Positions 47,189-61,072 are shown, counted from the stretch's first letter. The stretch: 64,000 nt of DNA from Chrysomallon squamiferum (GCA_012295275.1 CM022671.1:4526001-4590000), one strand, 5' to 3'. Notes: generated from the sequence alone by a model not told the origin. Made by a program: numbers and translations.

Positions 47189-49218
47189 ATAAATATGTTA
47201 ACATTATCATGAACTGTTTTACAAATTTAGCATGTTATACAATGTTATATAACTGCTTTTCATGTAGAAAATGAATGAATTATAACTAAAACAAATACTA
47301 TTGGAATAAAGTTCAAAATTATATAATAACATTATAATAAAATATAATGCGTACCCATGAACGTATGTGTATATGTGTATGTGTCTATTCATCTACGTAT
47401 GTATGTGTATGTATGTATACGAGTGTGTATATGTATGCATGTATGTATGTGCATATGTATGTATGTATATTATGTATGTATGTATGTATGTATGTATGTA
47501 TGTATATATGTATGTTTTTGTGTGTATATGTCTGTATATATCTGTGTATGTGTGTGTGTGTGTATATATATATGTGTGAAAGGTGTATATAAGTGTGTAT
47601 ATGCAACACAGGGTGGCAAAAAAGTCATTTCCTAATAAAAAAACAAAAAATATAAAATGTGTTTGTTTATAGTATGTTTTATTTCTTTCTTTCATGTAAT
47701 AAAGATGTTAAGAGACTTACAACGGAGAAGCAGACGAAGGAACAAAGAGCGAGGAATTATAAATTTTAAATTAAAAACTACCATTCCACATCAACAACGT
47801 TTTACAGTTTAACATAAGAAAGATAAGCTTAAACTTCATTATTGTCCAAAATATTCATGTTACTCTGTCTAGTGGATTAACACCAACATTCAGCAGTTCA
47901 AATAAGAATATCATCTTACAACTGGTCTATTTAAACAGATGATCAGTCTGTCCTTCATTTTCCCTGAAATTTGCTCGTAGTCGCTTTTTATTTTTTATTT
48001 ATTTATTTTTCATGAAATGTAACCCTGAATATCCTCACGAGTGATTTTTTTCTCGTATTTTTTTTTCTTGATTTTTTTTTTTTTTTTTTTTAATTCTTTC
48101 TCTGTGAACTTATCCATTATTCGACATTCTTATACCTTATCACTCAGCGAATTTCACTCGCAGTAATACATCACATTACTGTCTGCATTTTGCGCCGATC
48201 GTTCACCCATCTTTATTTCTTTTGTGAATAAACCTGAGTTCAGTGACTTATGTACGAAGTTGCCGCATCCTGTTGAAAGGTAAAATCATCGTCAGGATAT
48301 AAACATTTGCAGTCGACGCGCAGTCCCACGATTAGGTTAACTTAATATATTTCTCAGAATTGGCTTTAGAGTTGATTGTCCCCCTTGGAGCTTAAACATT
48401 CTCTTGCGTGTACACAGACTGAGTTCGTCAATCCCCAAATTTCCTTTTTGTTTTAATCATTTTCTTTTCTTATCGATGTCTCATACTTCGTTCCTGGAAA
48501 CTGTTTTATGATCCCCCTTGCGTAAGCGTGAATTTTCTCAGTTAAACAAATTGCAATTAACTCCTTATCCAAACCCGAAAAATATCAACTCGAATGTGAT
48601 GTAACTGTATTATTTTTGTCTGTTTTACACGAAAGCCAGACGACACTTGATTGACAGGTGTCGCTGCTTCGTACTAAATTTCAGATTATTAGAAGTAATT
48701 GCATTAGTTGTGGTAGTAGTCGTAACATTACTAGAAATAGCAGCAGATGTAGCAACAGCGGCAGCTACAGTAGCAGTCGTAGCAGTCGTAGTAGTAGGTA
48801 TACCTGTAGTAGTAGTAAAATCGGTATAAGTAACAGCTTGGCTATAATCTGAATCAGTAAAAACATCGTTCAATATTAAATTCAGATTTTGTTGAATCAA
48901 TCTCCTGGGTTAACATGTTATTCTCGACAAAGCCGATGTGACGTAAGAAAGGAAGAATTTACGTTAGAAAAATCTGATTGGTTGGTTACCAGGTCGTAAC
49001 GTAAGAAAAATAAAATCCGGCTGGTTGGTTGAGACAGATTCGTGATGGCGATGATGATGTCATATTTGATTCATCAAAGCGATTATGACGTAGACAAAAA
49101 TGTTAGGAAAGGAAATACATTACTTTGCTTTGAGAAGAAAAAAAAAACAACAAAAAAAAAACAAGTAAATTTAAAACGTTATTTTTAAGCGGGAGAGCTT
49201 TTAGTAAAAAAAAAAAAA

Positions 49219-49266
<48 letters not shown>

Positions 49267-49752
49267 GCAGCTGATAAGTTTCACATTACAAAAATAATAC
49301 TATTTTCTTCGTCATCATTCTATTATTATTATTAATTATAGTGGAACTAGTAATAACACTTTTATCAGTGTTGTAGTAGTTGTAGTAGTAGTCGTTCTAT
49401 TAGTAGTGGCAGCAGCCATATAATGTACAAAAATGTACACACATATTTTATTGTTGTTACTGCTGCTGATGTTACGTTTTTGATAGTTCTTTTTACTGTT
49501 TCATTAGCTTTATGTTACTTTAATTGTAGTGATACTTGTTGCTGTATCAGTATTAGTACTTGTCATCGTTGTTGTCGTTGTTGTCGTATTAGCAGAAGCA
49601 GTACTATAATAAGCTATACCAAAAGCGAAGCAGTAACTTGAAACCTCTTACATAAATACTCAAACCAGTCCTGAAGCTTGAGAAACGTATAGCTTAATAA
49701 AAATGTTCATTTCAAGAGAATTAAGTTTTTCGCTCGGCGCTAATTAGATGTT

Positions 49753-49766
49753 GTTGCCATGGTTAT
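49753..49766 (+). promoter_or_regulatory. RFX X-box in the putative NIT-GC promoter
   Basis: GTTGCCATGGTTAT, ~90 bp upstream of a consensus splice donor G|GTGAGT at 49853/49854. Confidence 0.5.
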
Positions 49767-49789
49767 CATTAGTAGTTTGTCGCGGTACG

Positions 49790-49853
49790 TGAGCCTCACT
49801 TTGAAAACGAGGAATCTGCGCATTTTAATACAGAAACTAGGACTAGGCGGTTG
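49790..49853 (+). other. Putative non-coding first exon of NIT-GC; start approximate
   Basis: Perfect donor ttg|gtgagta. Coding exon 1 has an acceptor (ctttcag, 52040) 9 nt before its ATG, implying an upstream UTR exon. Confidence 0.4.
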
Positions 49854-49903
49854 GTGAGTAAATATTCTAAAATTTCGAAGACGTTGTTATCGTCACCCTC
49901 GCT

Positions 49904-49936
<33 letters not shown>

Positions 49937-51539
49937 ATTAGATATTAGTTCAATATGGCACTTCGTAAATTTCTGTTGATAATTTTCCTTTTTGTAATCA
50001 AAGAAAACAAAATGTCTAAAAGAATAATTTTTGAAACTGTTTTTCTTAATCTTTCTTTCTTTTTTCTATCCATTTGCGTTAATTTGTATGTGTGTCTGTA
50101 TGTCTGTATGTATATGTGTGCATTATACAGCTATTTCAGATGCTTGCTTTTTAATCGCTTGTTGTTTTCTTTTTGTTTTAAGATCATATACAGAAAGATT
50201 CTAAATCAGTCTGATTTTATTTAAACTTATTGTTATCATTTTTTTTTAAAGGTTAATAAAGTCTATTTACATTAATAAAGTATCAAAATATATCCTATAT
50301 CTTTCCAAATAACGTTTTTATTTGGATTGGTATTAACTGTGTCAGTTTCAAAATATTTCAAATACATATTTGTTTATTCCCAGTGACAACTGTATTTATT
50401 TATTTATTATTTACTCATTCATTCATTCATTTCTATGTTTGTTACTAAACAATAAATATCGCTGTAGTTCGAGTAACATAAATAATTATGGAATATTAGG
50501 TTGTAAATGAATTTTTTTTTGTTCAGTATACCTGCAATTCGTCTAACAAGCAATGTATTTTTCTTTTCTTTTCTATTGTTTTACACAAAAATTATTTCTT
50601 TTTAATTAAATTACAGGCGCATGAACAAATCAGTTAAATAAATGATTTAAAACATATTTTAAAAAAAGCAACCTGTTTTTATTTATTTTAAAATAATATG
50701 ACGGGAGAAATGATAATAAGCGATATTTCTAAAACCATTGTTGATGTAGTTGTTGTTTTAATTGCTGTTGCTGTTGTGTTGTTGTTATTATAATTATAAT
50801 TATAATTATTATTGTTATTATTTTTGTCGTTGTTGTTGTTGTTTTATTACATTATGGTAGGTAAAAACAACTGTTTTTGAAATACAACAGATATATGTAA
50901 TATTATTTTACTTATATTTATGGTTTACATGCGACATATACAGGTAGTAGTAATATAGTAGTAGCAGCAGTAGTAGTAGTAGTAGTAGTTGTCGTTGTTG
51001 TTGCAGTGATGGTAGCTGTAGTAATAGTTGTAACCGTTGTAGTAGTAGTAGCGGTAGTAGTAGTAGTAGTAGTAGTAGTAGTACTTAATGTCACAGTAGT
51101 AGTAGTAACTGTTGTTGTAGTCAAAGTTAGTAGTAGTAATAATGGATGAAGTAGTTACGACGACGAAAATGACTACAACCGCACAAATAATAACTAAACA
51201 AATTTAATAAACACATGGACTGCTTCGAATTAGTTCTATAACATGTAATTCAAAATCCGCTGTTACAATAATTTTCGTTTCGTGTTTTCAGTTTGGCTAA
51301 AAATAGATAAAAACTGTCATGTTTAGTTCGTCCATGAAACATTTTCTGATTTATGAAGTTAAAATTAAAAGCAATAAAAATAACGATAATGATGATGATG
51401 ATGTTGATGATGATGATGATGATGATGGTGATAATAACAACAACAACAACAGCAACAATAATAGACGATAGCATTACAACAACAATAAATAAATAAATAC
51501 TACTACTACTAGTACCACTGCTACTACGACTACCACCAT

Positions 51540-51642
<103 letters not shown>

Positions 51643-51999
51643 AAGAATGAACAAGAAGGACAACACACTACCATCACCACCACCAACACCACCATTAACA
51701 TCAGCAACGACAATAATAATAACAAAAACAATAATAATAACAATAATAATAATAAGAAGAAGAAGAAAAAGAAGAAGAAGAAAAAGAAAAGCAGAAGAAG
51801 AAAAATGAACACGGACAATACCACCACCATCACCACCAACATCAGCAACAATAAATATAATAACAACAATAATAACAATAACAATTATAACAACAATAAT
51901 AACAATAATAATAACAATAATAACAACAATAATAACAATAATACTTTCAGAATGAACAAGAAGGAAAACAACCCTACCATCACCATCACCACCACCACC

Positions 52000-52031
<32 letters not shown>

Positions 52032-52049
52032 CACTTTCAGAATTTGAAG

Positions 52050-52257
52050 ATGTCGTGGCGACTGGCGGGCGATCGACGCATTCACCCCCTCACGACCACG
52101 GCTGAGACGGCCATCGAGGAGAAAGACGACGAAGTCAGCGTATCTGGCGTCTCTACGACGTCCAGCGTGTCGCTCACGCCGTCGCAGCTGAACGTGGCCG
52201 TACAGAGCATCATCAAGACGAAGAGCACGATGGTGAAATGCAGCACGTTTTGTCTGG
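52050..52257 (+). CDS. NIT-GC: NIT-domain guanylyl cyclase, coding exon 1 (cytoplasmic N-terminus)
   Basis: aagATGt start; MSWRLAGDRRIHPLTT...MVKCSTFCL(G). GC-rich. Donor g|gtgaga, phase 1, joins exon 2 in frame. Confidence 0.8.
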
Positions 52258-52985
52258 GTGAGATTCTATTTTTAGAAAACCGTTTTACCGTGTTTAACCG
52301 TGTATACGTTTTAGCTTCAGTATTGTTTTGAATATACAAAATTTATAAACAAATTCTGGTTTCTATGCATTATAAAGGCACGTTTGTGTATCTGTGTGTG
52401 TGTGTGTGTGCCGTATGCATATATACATATTCGTATTCAGTATACACACGAAACAGACAGACAGACAGAGAGACAAAAAATTGAAGCATGGATGAATGGA
52501 TGGATGGATTTGTGTATGAAGAAAGGTAGATAGACAGAAAGACAAATAATTTAATAGACAGTTTTATTCACATTAAAATATGGATATCTGTTTCAGTTTA
52601 TTTTTAATTTTTTATAAGCTTTAAAAGTCTTATACAGGTTTATAAAAAGATATTATAATTATAATGTTATTATGACCGCGTTTAACTCGCATTCGTCCAT
52701 CAGTTTAATAAAATATCCCGTATGTAGATTATTTTAATCAATAAATAATTGATTACTACATCAGTATTAACATTTATTAACTGCCTAAAATGACTGTGGC
52801 GCTCAAGTTTAACGAATAAAAAAAAAAAAAAAATATGAAAAAAAATAAAATAAAATAAAATAAAAAATAAAATAAAATAAAATAAAATAAAATGAAATAA
52901 AAAGAACTGCCTTTAATAAATAATAGTGAATGGAGGAGTATATTTAAAACGGAAAAATTTTAGATTTTTAAAATTCTGTTTTCAG

Positions 52986-53182
52986 GAAATCCAATTACTG
53001 CGAAAGGCAGACAGAAGCAGATTTTGAAGATTATAATAATCGTCATGATTCCCGTTGCCATGTTGACCTGCATGATTGGAAAAATATTCTTCAAAACTGT
53101 CACCAACTACATTGACGTTGCTGGCACAAGGAAAACGTTGCTTTACAGCATCGACCTGGGACGCGTTGTTCATCATCTTCAG
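52986..53182 (+). CDS. NIT-GC: NIT-GC exon 2 (TM1 and start of NIT domain)
   Basis: ttcag|ga; NPITAKGRQKQILKIIIIVMIPVAMLTCMIG...LGRVVHHLQ; donor cag|gtagac, phase 0. Confidence 0.88.
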
Positions 53183-53456
53183 GTAGACGTTGTTGTTGTT
53201 GTTGTTGTTTTGTGTTAGACTGTAATTCTTTTGTTTTAGTCTTTTTTTTTAAAGCATATTATTTATTTTTTATTTTTCTTTCTTTCATTTTTCTTCAATA
53301 GCTTCAGATAACTGGTTAATTTAATATTATTGAATTTATTTATTTATTTTTTTTATTTTTATGATCTTCTCATCATAACATCATCAACGTCATCATCATA
53401 ATCATTATTATCACTATTATTTATTATTATTGTTATTGTTGTTGCTGTTATTATTA

Positions 53457-53522
<66 letters not shown>

Positions 53523-53905
53523 CTACATATAATTATTTATTTTATTTGATATTATTTTAAAATTTATTTAAGTTTAGTTTATTTTACTTTTACATCGATC
53601 TTTATCTCTTCGATAACATATTTATAAACAGATTGCAATAGATAACAAACTTTTATAGAATGACAATGTACATTTGTGTGTATTTTCCATGTTTGAATGA
53701 ATACATTAATTTATCATATATTCATTATTATTATCTACATTTCATGTTATTTATGATTTACATATATGTGTGTGTGTCTGTGTTTGTGTTTATGTGTGTG
53801 CGTGTGTCTGTGTTTCTGTGTGTGTGTGTGTTATGAAATAAATGAATATAATTATTTATGTTCCTATCTTTATTAATTTACTTTCACTTTTACTTTCGTT
53901 TTCAG

Positions 53906-54093
53906 GAAGAGCGCGACATCAGCGCGCTATATCGAAGTTCGACAACTGACCAGACTAAGAAGTTGCTGATGGAAAAGTACCCAGAGACAGACGTAGCGAT
54001 TTCTCACCTCCCCTACTGGGCTGCAGGACCCACCCTCAGCGGACCAGAGTTCAAATCGAAAGACAAATTCTTGTCTTTTCTAAACAAACACAG
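53906..54093 (+). CDS. NIT-GC: NIT-GC exon 3 (NIT domain)
   Basis: ttcag|EERDISALY completes the NIT motif HxLQxER; ...FLSFLNKH(R); donor ag|gtaaat, phase 2. Confidence 0.9.
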
Positions 54094-54101
54094 GTAAATA
54101 T

Positions 54102-54174
<73 letters not shown>

Positions 54175-54547
54175 TAATGTATTTGTTTTATTAATAAAAT
54201 AAAAAATATTAATGTTACAACAGTACACCACCACCAATAACAAATACAACATAATTATAATCATAATATAATAATAATAATAGACAATGAAAAAGCTAAT
54301 AAATAAATAAATAATCAATCAATTTAGTCGAATGAAAAAAAAAAATAAAAAATAAAAAATAAAAAAAAATTCTAAACAATATAAACAAAAGTATGTAGTT
54401 GTTGTTGTAGTAGCACTGACATCAAAAAGTGGATGCTCCTGTTATGAAAATAATGACACAGAAATAAATAAATAAATAAATAAAAAATAAAATTATCCAC
54501 AAATAAATAAAATAAAAAAAAAATAAAATATAAACAAATAAATTCAA

Positions 54548-54600
<53 letters not shown>

Positions 54601-54843
54601 AAATAAATAAATTAAAAATAAAATAAACACTGACATCAAAAAGGATGCATATATGAACAAAAATACACAAATCCATAGTGAACACATAAACATGCAAGTT
54701 CACACAAACACATACACAAACATATATGAACAAACAAACACGAACGTGAACACATATACCTACCTACAAACACACAAACACACAAAATACGTAACATCTT
54801 TCAAAAAAAAAACCCTCACTTCTCACATTTTCCCCTCCCCCAG

Positions 54844-55180
54844 ATACGAACTGGACACCAGGAACCAAACGGTTACCATGGAGCTGCAGTTCTACACGTC
54901 CCTCGTGCGCACCTTCACCTCCTGGGTCCATAACGCCATCACGGAGACCCTGACTGGCTCCATCTGGAGGCGCCTGGTCGCGTACCAAGAGGTCATCATC
55001 GCCAAGGAGTACATGGGGCTGGAGCGGACCCTGGGGACGTTCTTCTACTCGACGGGGTCGTTCCGGTCGCACGACGACTACCTGTGGTTCGCTGAGAGCA
55101 GGGACGTGCGCGCCTCCACCTTCCTGTCGGCGAAGCGTTACTCCAAGTTCGTGAAGAATCTCTTCCAGCAGGACAGCAAC
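54844..55180 (+). CDS. NIT-GC: NIT-GC exon 4 (NIT domain)
   Basis: cccag|a; ELQFYT...WRRLVAYQEVIIAKEYMGLERTLG (second NIT motif KExxGxER); donor aac|gtgagc, phase 0. Confidence 0.9.
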
Positions 55181-55237
55181 GTGAGCGCAGATCCGTTTAT
55201 ACAGCTTGCGTGTTTTTGTTTTTTATCAAATACGCTT

Positions 55238-55269
<32 letters not shown>

Positions 55270-55272
55270 TAT

Positions 55273-55384
<112 letters not shown>

Positions 55385-55940
55385 ATTTTATGTTCTGCTC
55401 TTCAAAATATAAATTAATGAATTGAAGATGTTATTATTTTTCTTTCCAGGATAATTCACGTAACATCAAATAATGGCTTTGATTTGTTTTAATTGTAACT
55501 GGTTCTTTGAAAACGCTCTAACAACAATGTTTTTACTTAGATAGATAGATAGATGACAGACAGACATGTATGTATTTATGTTTTATGACATTTAGACAGA
55601 TAGATAGATATGTATGATATAGTAGATAGATAGTTTGACAGATATACAGATATGTATGTTTATATTTAAATATTTATTGTTTGGGATTTTATTTCATTTA
55701 TTTATTTATTTATTTATTTATTCATTCATTCATTCATTCATTTTTTTCATTTTTTCATTTTATTTTATTTTATTTGCTTATTTATTTGTTTGTTTCGATT
55801 TTCTTTATTTATTTATTCATTTTTTTTTCATTCATTCATTCGTTTTCATTTTCATTTATTCGTTCATTCATTCATTCAATCATTCATTCACATATCAACT
55901 GTTATACACACATCTCTCTCTCTCTCTCTTCCGCGTCCAG

Positions 55941-56263
55941 ACAAACAATCTGCTGATGAGGGTGCTGGACAAGATGCGCGCGCAGATTCGGAGGAACGAC
56001 CTGCTGGGGGGCGGGTCGGTGAAGATGGCTCAGTGGTGGTACAACAACATGACGATGCACATGGACATTCTCCTGTCCACGAGGAACAAGCTGGCCGTCG
56101 ACATCATCAACGTCCTCGACCTCTGGCAGCAGAGGAAGCTGAACACGATGATCGTCATCTCGTGCCTCATTGCCGGCGTCTTCATGTTGACTCTCGCCAT
56201 CATCTACGCCGTCTACTCCCTCATCGACGACATCCAGCTGTACTCCGTGAATCTGGCGGAAAG
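55941..56263 (+). CDS. NIT-GC: NIT-GC exon 5 (end of NIT domain and TM2)
   Basis: tccag|TNNLL...QWWYNNMTMHMD...MIVISCLIAGVFMLTLAIIYAVYSL...NLAE(R); donor ag|gtgagg, phase 2. Confidence 0.9.
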
Positions 56264-57006
56264 GTGAGGTCATCGTGTGCGTTGTGTTGTGAAATAAAAT
56301 AAATAAGTAAATAAATAAATAAAAATATAAATAAATAAATAAATAAATAAGTAAATAAATAAATGTAGTAAAATTTATAAATAATCAAAATTATGTTGAT
56401 GAGAAAAACAAAATCAGTGTATGCGTTATGTTGTAAAAAAATGAAAAAAAAACAAAACAAAAACATCTCAATAATCAGTATATATATTGTGTTGTAAAAC
56501 AATAATCATCGTAACATAATTACGATTAATGTCTTTTTTTTTTACACTTTATATATATATATATATATATATATACTGAATTTATATGTTTTATTATATA
56601 AACTGAATTTATATGTTTTATTGTATAAAATACACGTTTTTATTATTATTTTATTATTATTATTTTTATTCATATATTTATTTATTATTTTGTTCTTGTT
56701 GCTTACTTACCTTCTTTCTTACATTCGTAACTATTTCTTACTTACTTATTTACTCATTTATCTCTTCACTCTCTTATCTATCTTAATTTTAACTTCTTAC
56801 ATAATTATACACACAGATATAATGCACAATCACACATACACATACATACTTACCTACTTTATCTATCTATCTATCTAGCTATCTGTCTATCTGTCTATCT
56901 GTCTGTCTATCTATTTATCTATCTATCTATCTATCTTTCTATATATCTGTCTGTCTGTCTGTCTATTTATCTATTTATCTATCTATCTATCTATTTGTCT
57001 CTACAG

Positions 57007-57299
57007 GACGAAGGGGCTGGACAAGGAGAAGAAGCAGACGGACCAGCTGCTGTTCCAGATGTTGCCGCGGTCGGTGGCACGACGTCTGAAGCGACACGAA
57101 GACGTCCCGGCCGAGTGGTTCGAGGCGGCCACCGTCTTCTTCTCCGACATCCAGGGCTTCACGCAGGTGTCGTCGGAAAGCTCGCCCATCCAGATCGTGC
57201 TCATGCTCAACAACCTCTACTCCTGCCTCGACGCCATCATCGCCATGTACGACGTCTACAAGGTGGAGACGATCGGAGATGCGTACATGGTAGCTTCAG
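57007..57299 (+). CDS. NIT-GC: NIT-GC exon 6 (coiled-coil helix and N-half of class III cyclase domain)
   Basis: [18 protein letters not shown]...[12 protein letters not shown]...[15 protein letters not shown](G); donor g|gtaaaa, phase 1. Confidence 0.96.
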
Positions 57300-57330
<31 letters not shown>

Positions 57331-57620
57331 GAAGTGATTCTGGTGTGAGAATGTGATGTGTAATATCTTTGTATGTGTGTGTTTGTTTAGTATCTGTATG
57401 TATGTATGTATATATATATATACATATATATACATACATACTTACACGGGAACACACGTATTACACATACGTATCACATACGTAAATGTATATACATATT
57501 CAAAATCACACATACACAGATATAATTATATTGACATTCAAAAACGCTTCAAATACAAAGTATGTATGCGTGTATGTTTATATATTTGTATGTTTATATG
57601 TATGTATGTGTTATGGTGTC

Positions 57621-57849
57621 AGGGCATTTGCCTCCCCACCCCAGGATATTCCCCCAGTCAGTTCTCCCGGTCATTTACACCTGGTGATTCCCCCCCGTGA
57701 CATTTCCCCCCTGCCTGCCTGTTTTAACTGTCAGATATCCTGTCTAGGTCATCAATAAGATCAATTATCCTTGGCATGGTCTGGGGGGGGGGGAGAATTG
57801 TCACGGGTTAAATGACCTAGGGGAGAAATGTCCAGGAGAGAAATGCCCT
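57621..57849. mobile_element. ~230 bp GC-rich fold-back (MITE-like) insertion in NIT-GC intron 6
   Basis: Left agggcattt...ggtcattta...gtgacatttcccccc; right ggggggagaattgtcac...taaatgacc...aaatgccct. Long imperfect inverted arms in an otherwise AT/TG-repeat intron. Superfamily not determined. Confidence 0.7.
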
Positions 57850-58078
57850 AGTATCACGTGTGTATGTATGGAAGTATGAATGAATGTATGCTTGCATGTA
57901 TGTGTTTGAGATATGTTTGCATTTTGTATTTGAAGAGTTTTTGAATGTCTATAAATTATATCTGCGTATGTGTGATTTTGAATATGTATATATATTTACG
58001 TATGTGTGTAATCGTGTATGTGTTTTTGTCACATATAAGTAAACTAGCAGTTAAAAATACTTTTTATTTTGTTTACAG

Positions 58079-58216
58079 GAGTTCCTAAACAGACGAATCA
58101 TCGTCACGAAGTGGAAATTTGCAACATGGCTGCCCACATCCTGAGCAGGATTCAAAAACTAGTCATACCTCACCTGCCAGGAACCAAGTTCAAACTGCGA
58201 ATTGGGTGTCACACAG
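58079..58216 (+). CDS. NIT-GC: NIT-GC exon 7 (cyclase domain)
   Basis: tacag|ga; VPKQTNHRHEVEICNMA...IPHLPGTKFKLRIGCHT(G); phase 1. Confidence 0.93.
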
Positions 58217-58226
58217 GTTCTTACCT

Positions 58227-58290
<64 letters not shown>

Positions 58291-58463
58291 TGACATAATA
58301 AATACGACATAAGTCATTTAAATAATTTTAAATTTTCGTTTCAGTGGATGTTATATGCGCTATGTACTAATAACTAGTCCACTCCTTCATTGACATTTTT
58401 TTTTCTTCTTTTTTTCAGTTATTATTATCCTTATTATTATTATTATTATTTTATTTTATTTTA

Positions 58464-58498
<35 letters not shown>

Positions 58499-58784
58499 TT
58501 TTTTTTTTTTTTTTTTTTGCACCACTAGACTGATTTAAGGTTACCACTAAATGCATTTGACCATTGTATTCTTGTTTATCACTGTTTTATCAATAATCGT
58601 AACTGAGTCAGAATACCAGTCTAACATCATTGCCCGGCAATTTGAACCCATTTCCGATTAGTAAAAACTAAACATCAAAGATTACTTCTGCTTGTTTTAC
58701 GACACTGGGTCACGTTTGGTGATATTTATGCTAATATGTTAAGCTTGTGATAGTTAATAAAAGAAACATGTTCGTCTGTTTTAG

Positions 58785-58883
58785 GCTCGGTGGTGGCGGG
58801 TGTGGTCGGGACAAAGATGCCACGCTACTGCTTGTTTGGAGAAACTATCAGCATTGCAGCCAAGATGGAGTCACTTGGAAAAC
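58785..58883 (+). CDS. NIT-GC: NIT-GC exon 8 (cyclase domain)
   Basis: tttag|gc; [32 protein letters not shown](P); donor c|gtcagt. Not shown in this frame in the ORF track. Confidence 0.95.
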
Positions 58884-58925
58884 GTCAGTGAATGTTTTTG
58901 TTATTATTGTTATTGTTGTTAATCT

Positions 58926-58980
<55 letters not shown>

Positions 58981-59212
58981 GCTACTACTACTACTATCAC
59001 TACTAGTACTATTACGACTGCTACTGTTAGTGTTACTACTACTACTACAGCTGCTACTAGCACTATTACTACTGCTACTGCTATTAGCATTGCTATTATG
59101 ACTGCTACTACTAATATTAGTGTTACTTTTACCATTACTGCTACTACTAGTCCTACCATAACCACTGCTGCTGCTACTAATATTGTTGCTACTGCTACTA
59201 GCACTGCTGCTG

Positions 59213-59244
<32 letters not shown>

Positions 59245-59266
59245 GCTACTAGCACTGCTGCTGCTG

Positions 59267-59301
<35 letters not shown>

Positions 59302-59412
59302 GCTACTACTGCTACTAGCACTGCTGCTGCTACTACTACTACTACTACTGCTACCACTATTATTATTATTATTGTTAGTTATTGTTATTGTTATTATTAT
59401 TGTTATTGTTAT

Positions 59413-59445
<33 letters not shown>

Positions 59446-59508
59446 TATTATTACTATTATTATTACTATTAGTTATTATTGTTATTATTATTGTTATTGT
59501 TATTACAG

Positions 59509-59600
59509 CTGGTAAGATTCACATAACAGAAATAACACACGCTGGTTTACGTGAGGATGACGGGTTTCTTATCGTGGAGCGGATTGAGGACATTGTAAAG
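59509..59600 (+). CDS. NIT-GC: NIT-GC exon 9 (cyclase domain)
   Basis: tacag|ct; GKIHITEITHAGLREDDGFLIVERIEDIVK; donor aag|gtaaaa, phase 0. Confidence 0.88.
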
Positions 59601-60264
59601 GTAAAACAGTTTAATTTTTCTTTTGTTGACTACTTCTACTACTACAACGAACAACCACTACAGCAACAATAATAGCTGAAACATCAGCAGTATTTGTTTT
59701 GTTGTAGTTATTTATTTATTTATTATTATTTGTTTATTTATTATTATTATTTATTTCTTTATTATTATTATTATTATTATTATGTTTATTATTATTATTT
59801 ATTTATTTATATATTTATTTATCATTATTATTATTATTATTATTACTATTATTTATTTATTTTTATTTATTTATTTATTTATTTTTACTTATTTATTTAA
59901 CATAGTAATTGCTACTTTCATAAAAGGAACAATTAATACAATTGCTACTACTTTACTATATCTACCATTACATCTACTATTACTGCTACTTGTATTAATA
60001 CCAATACCGCTATTTCTAGTTTTGCTATTACTGCTACAACAACAACTACTACTACTACTATTACTATACTGTTACTACTTCTGCCACTTCCACTTGTACT
60101 ACTTCAATACAACTAGAACTACTACTACTCCTACTGCTGTTACCATCACAATCAAATCTGCCATTTTGCTAAAAAGAGTAATATTTTATACATATAATAT
60201 ATGTTTGTCTTCTTCTTCTTCTTATTATTATTATTATTTTATTTTACTTTGGTTGCTGTTTCAG

Positions 60265-60385
60265 AAGGAACTGTCGATATTTCACATTGGTGCCATTAAA
60301 ACGTACTGGTTAACGAAACCAATAGAAGAAGAACCTGGGGAACCGAGTGAAAAACCAGAAAGTTACAGTGACAGTGACGAGGAAG
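60265..60385 (+). CDS. NIT-GC: NIT-GC exon 10 (end of cyclase domain and acidic tail)
   Basis: ttcag|KELSIFHIGAIKTYWLTKPIEEEPGEPSEKPESYSDSDEE; TYWL closes the cyclase fold. Donor g|gtaaaa; if unspliced, stop at 60405. NAGNAG acceptor (cag aag). Confidence 0.8.
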
Positions 60386-60462
60386 GTAAAAAAAAAATCA
60401 CCTAATTTCTAAATTTTGACATAACCTTTAGTAATTCAAACCGATATGTTTAATTTTATTCA

Positions 60463-60497
<35 letters not shown>

Positions 60498-60628
60498 GTA
60501 AAAAAAAACCTTATTTACGAATTATGGTGGAAATTAATAACTACAAATTGTAATGGAGGTAATCAGACGACTAACAAATGAACAATAAATTATGTGTTGT
60601 ATTTTATTTTATCTTTTTTTTTTTCCAG

Positions 60629-60678
60629 ATGAATCGAATGATATTCATGTACGGGGTAAATCAACAGCAATTATGTAA
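60629..60678 (+). CDS. NIT-GC: NIT-GC probable terminal exon 11
   Basis: Strong poly-T acceptor ttttccag|at, phase-compatible: (D)ESNDIHVRGKSTAIM*. The summed CDS is 2046 nt = 681 aa plus stop. Confidence 0.55.
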
Positions 60679-61029
60679 AAAAAAAAAAAAAAAAATTTGA
60701 AAATGGTTTCCGAAGTAACAGGTTCCTGTCGACTACTTTGAAGTCTCTTCTCGAAGATGTTGAAAATTCGATCCGTAAGAAATACTGGAATAACATTTCT
60801 TAAATGTGTAGCTATAAAAGAAAACTGCAAAGTGCTTTAATGATGAAGATCTTGATGAATATATATTATTGTTGATGATGGTATTTGTGTTGTGGATGTT
60901 GATGCATATGTGATAATTTAATTTTGTTACATAAAAATGGAAAGGAATGAAATCCATTGTTCATGAAATTTGGTGTTGTTGATAATGATGGCTACATCGT
61001 TGTATTGTAGATTTATTTATTTATCATTC

Positions 61030-61072
<43 letters not shown>

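Noticed and set aside
57007-60385. Calling the cyclase an NPR/ANP receptor or a soluble GC subunit
   Set aside because: No kinase-homology, ANF-receptor, H-NOX or PAS domain; the upstream exons encode TM-NIT-TM.
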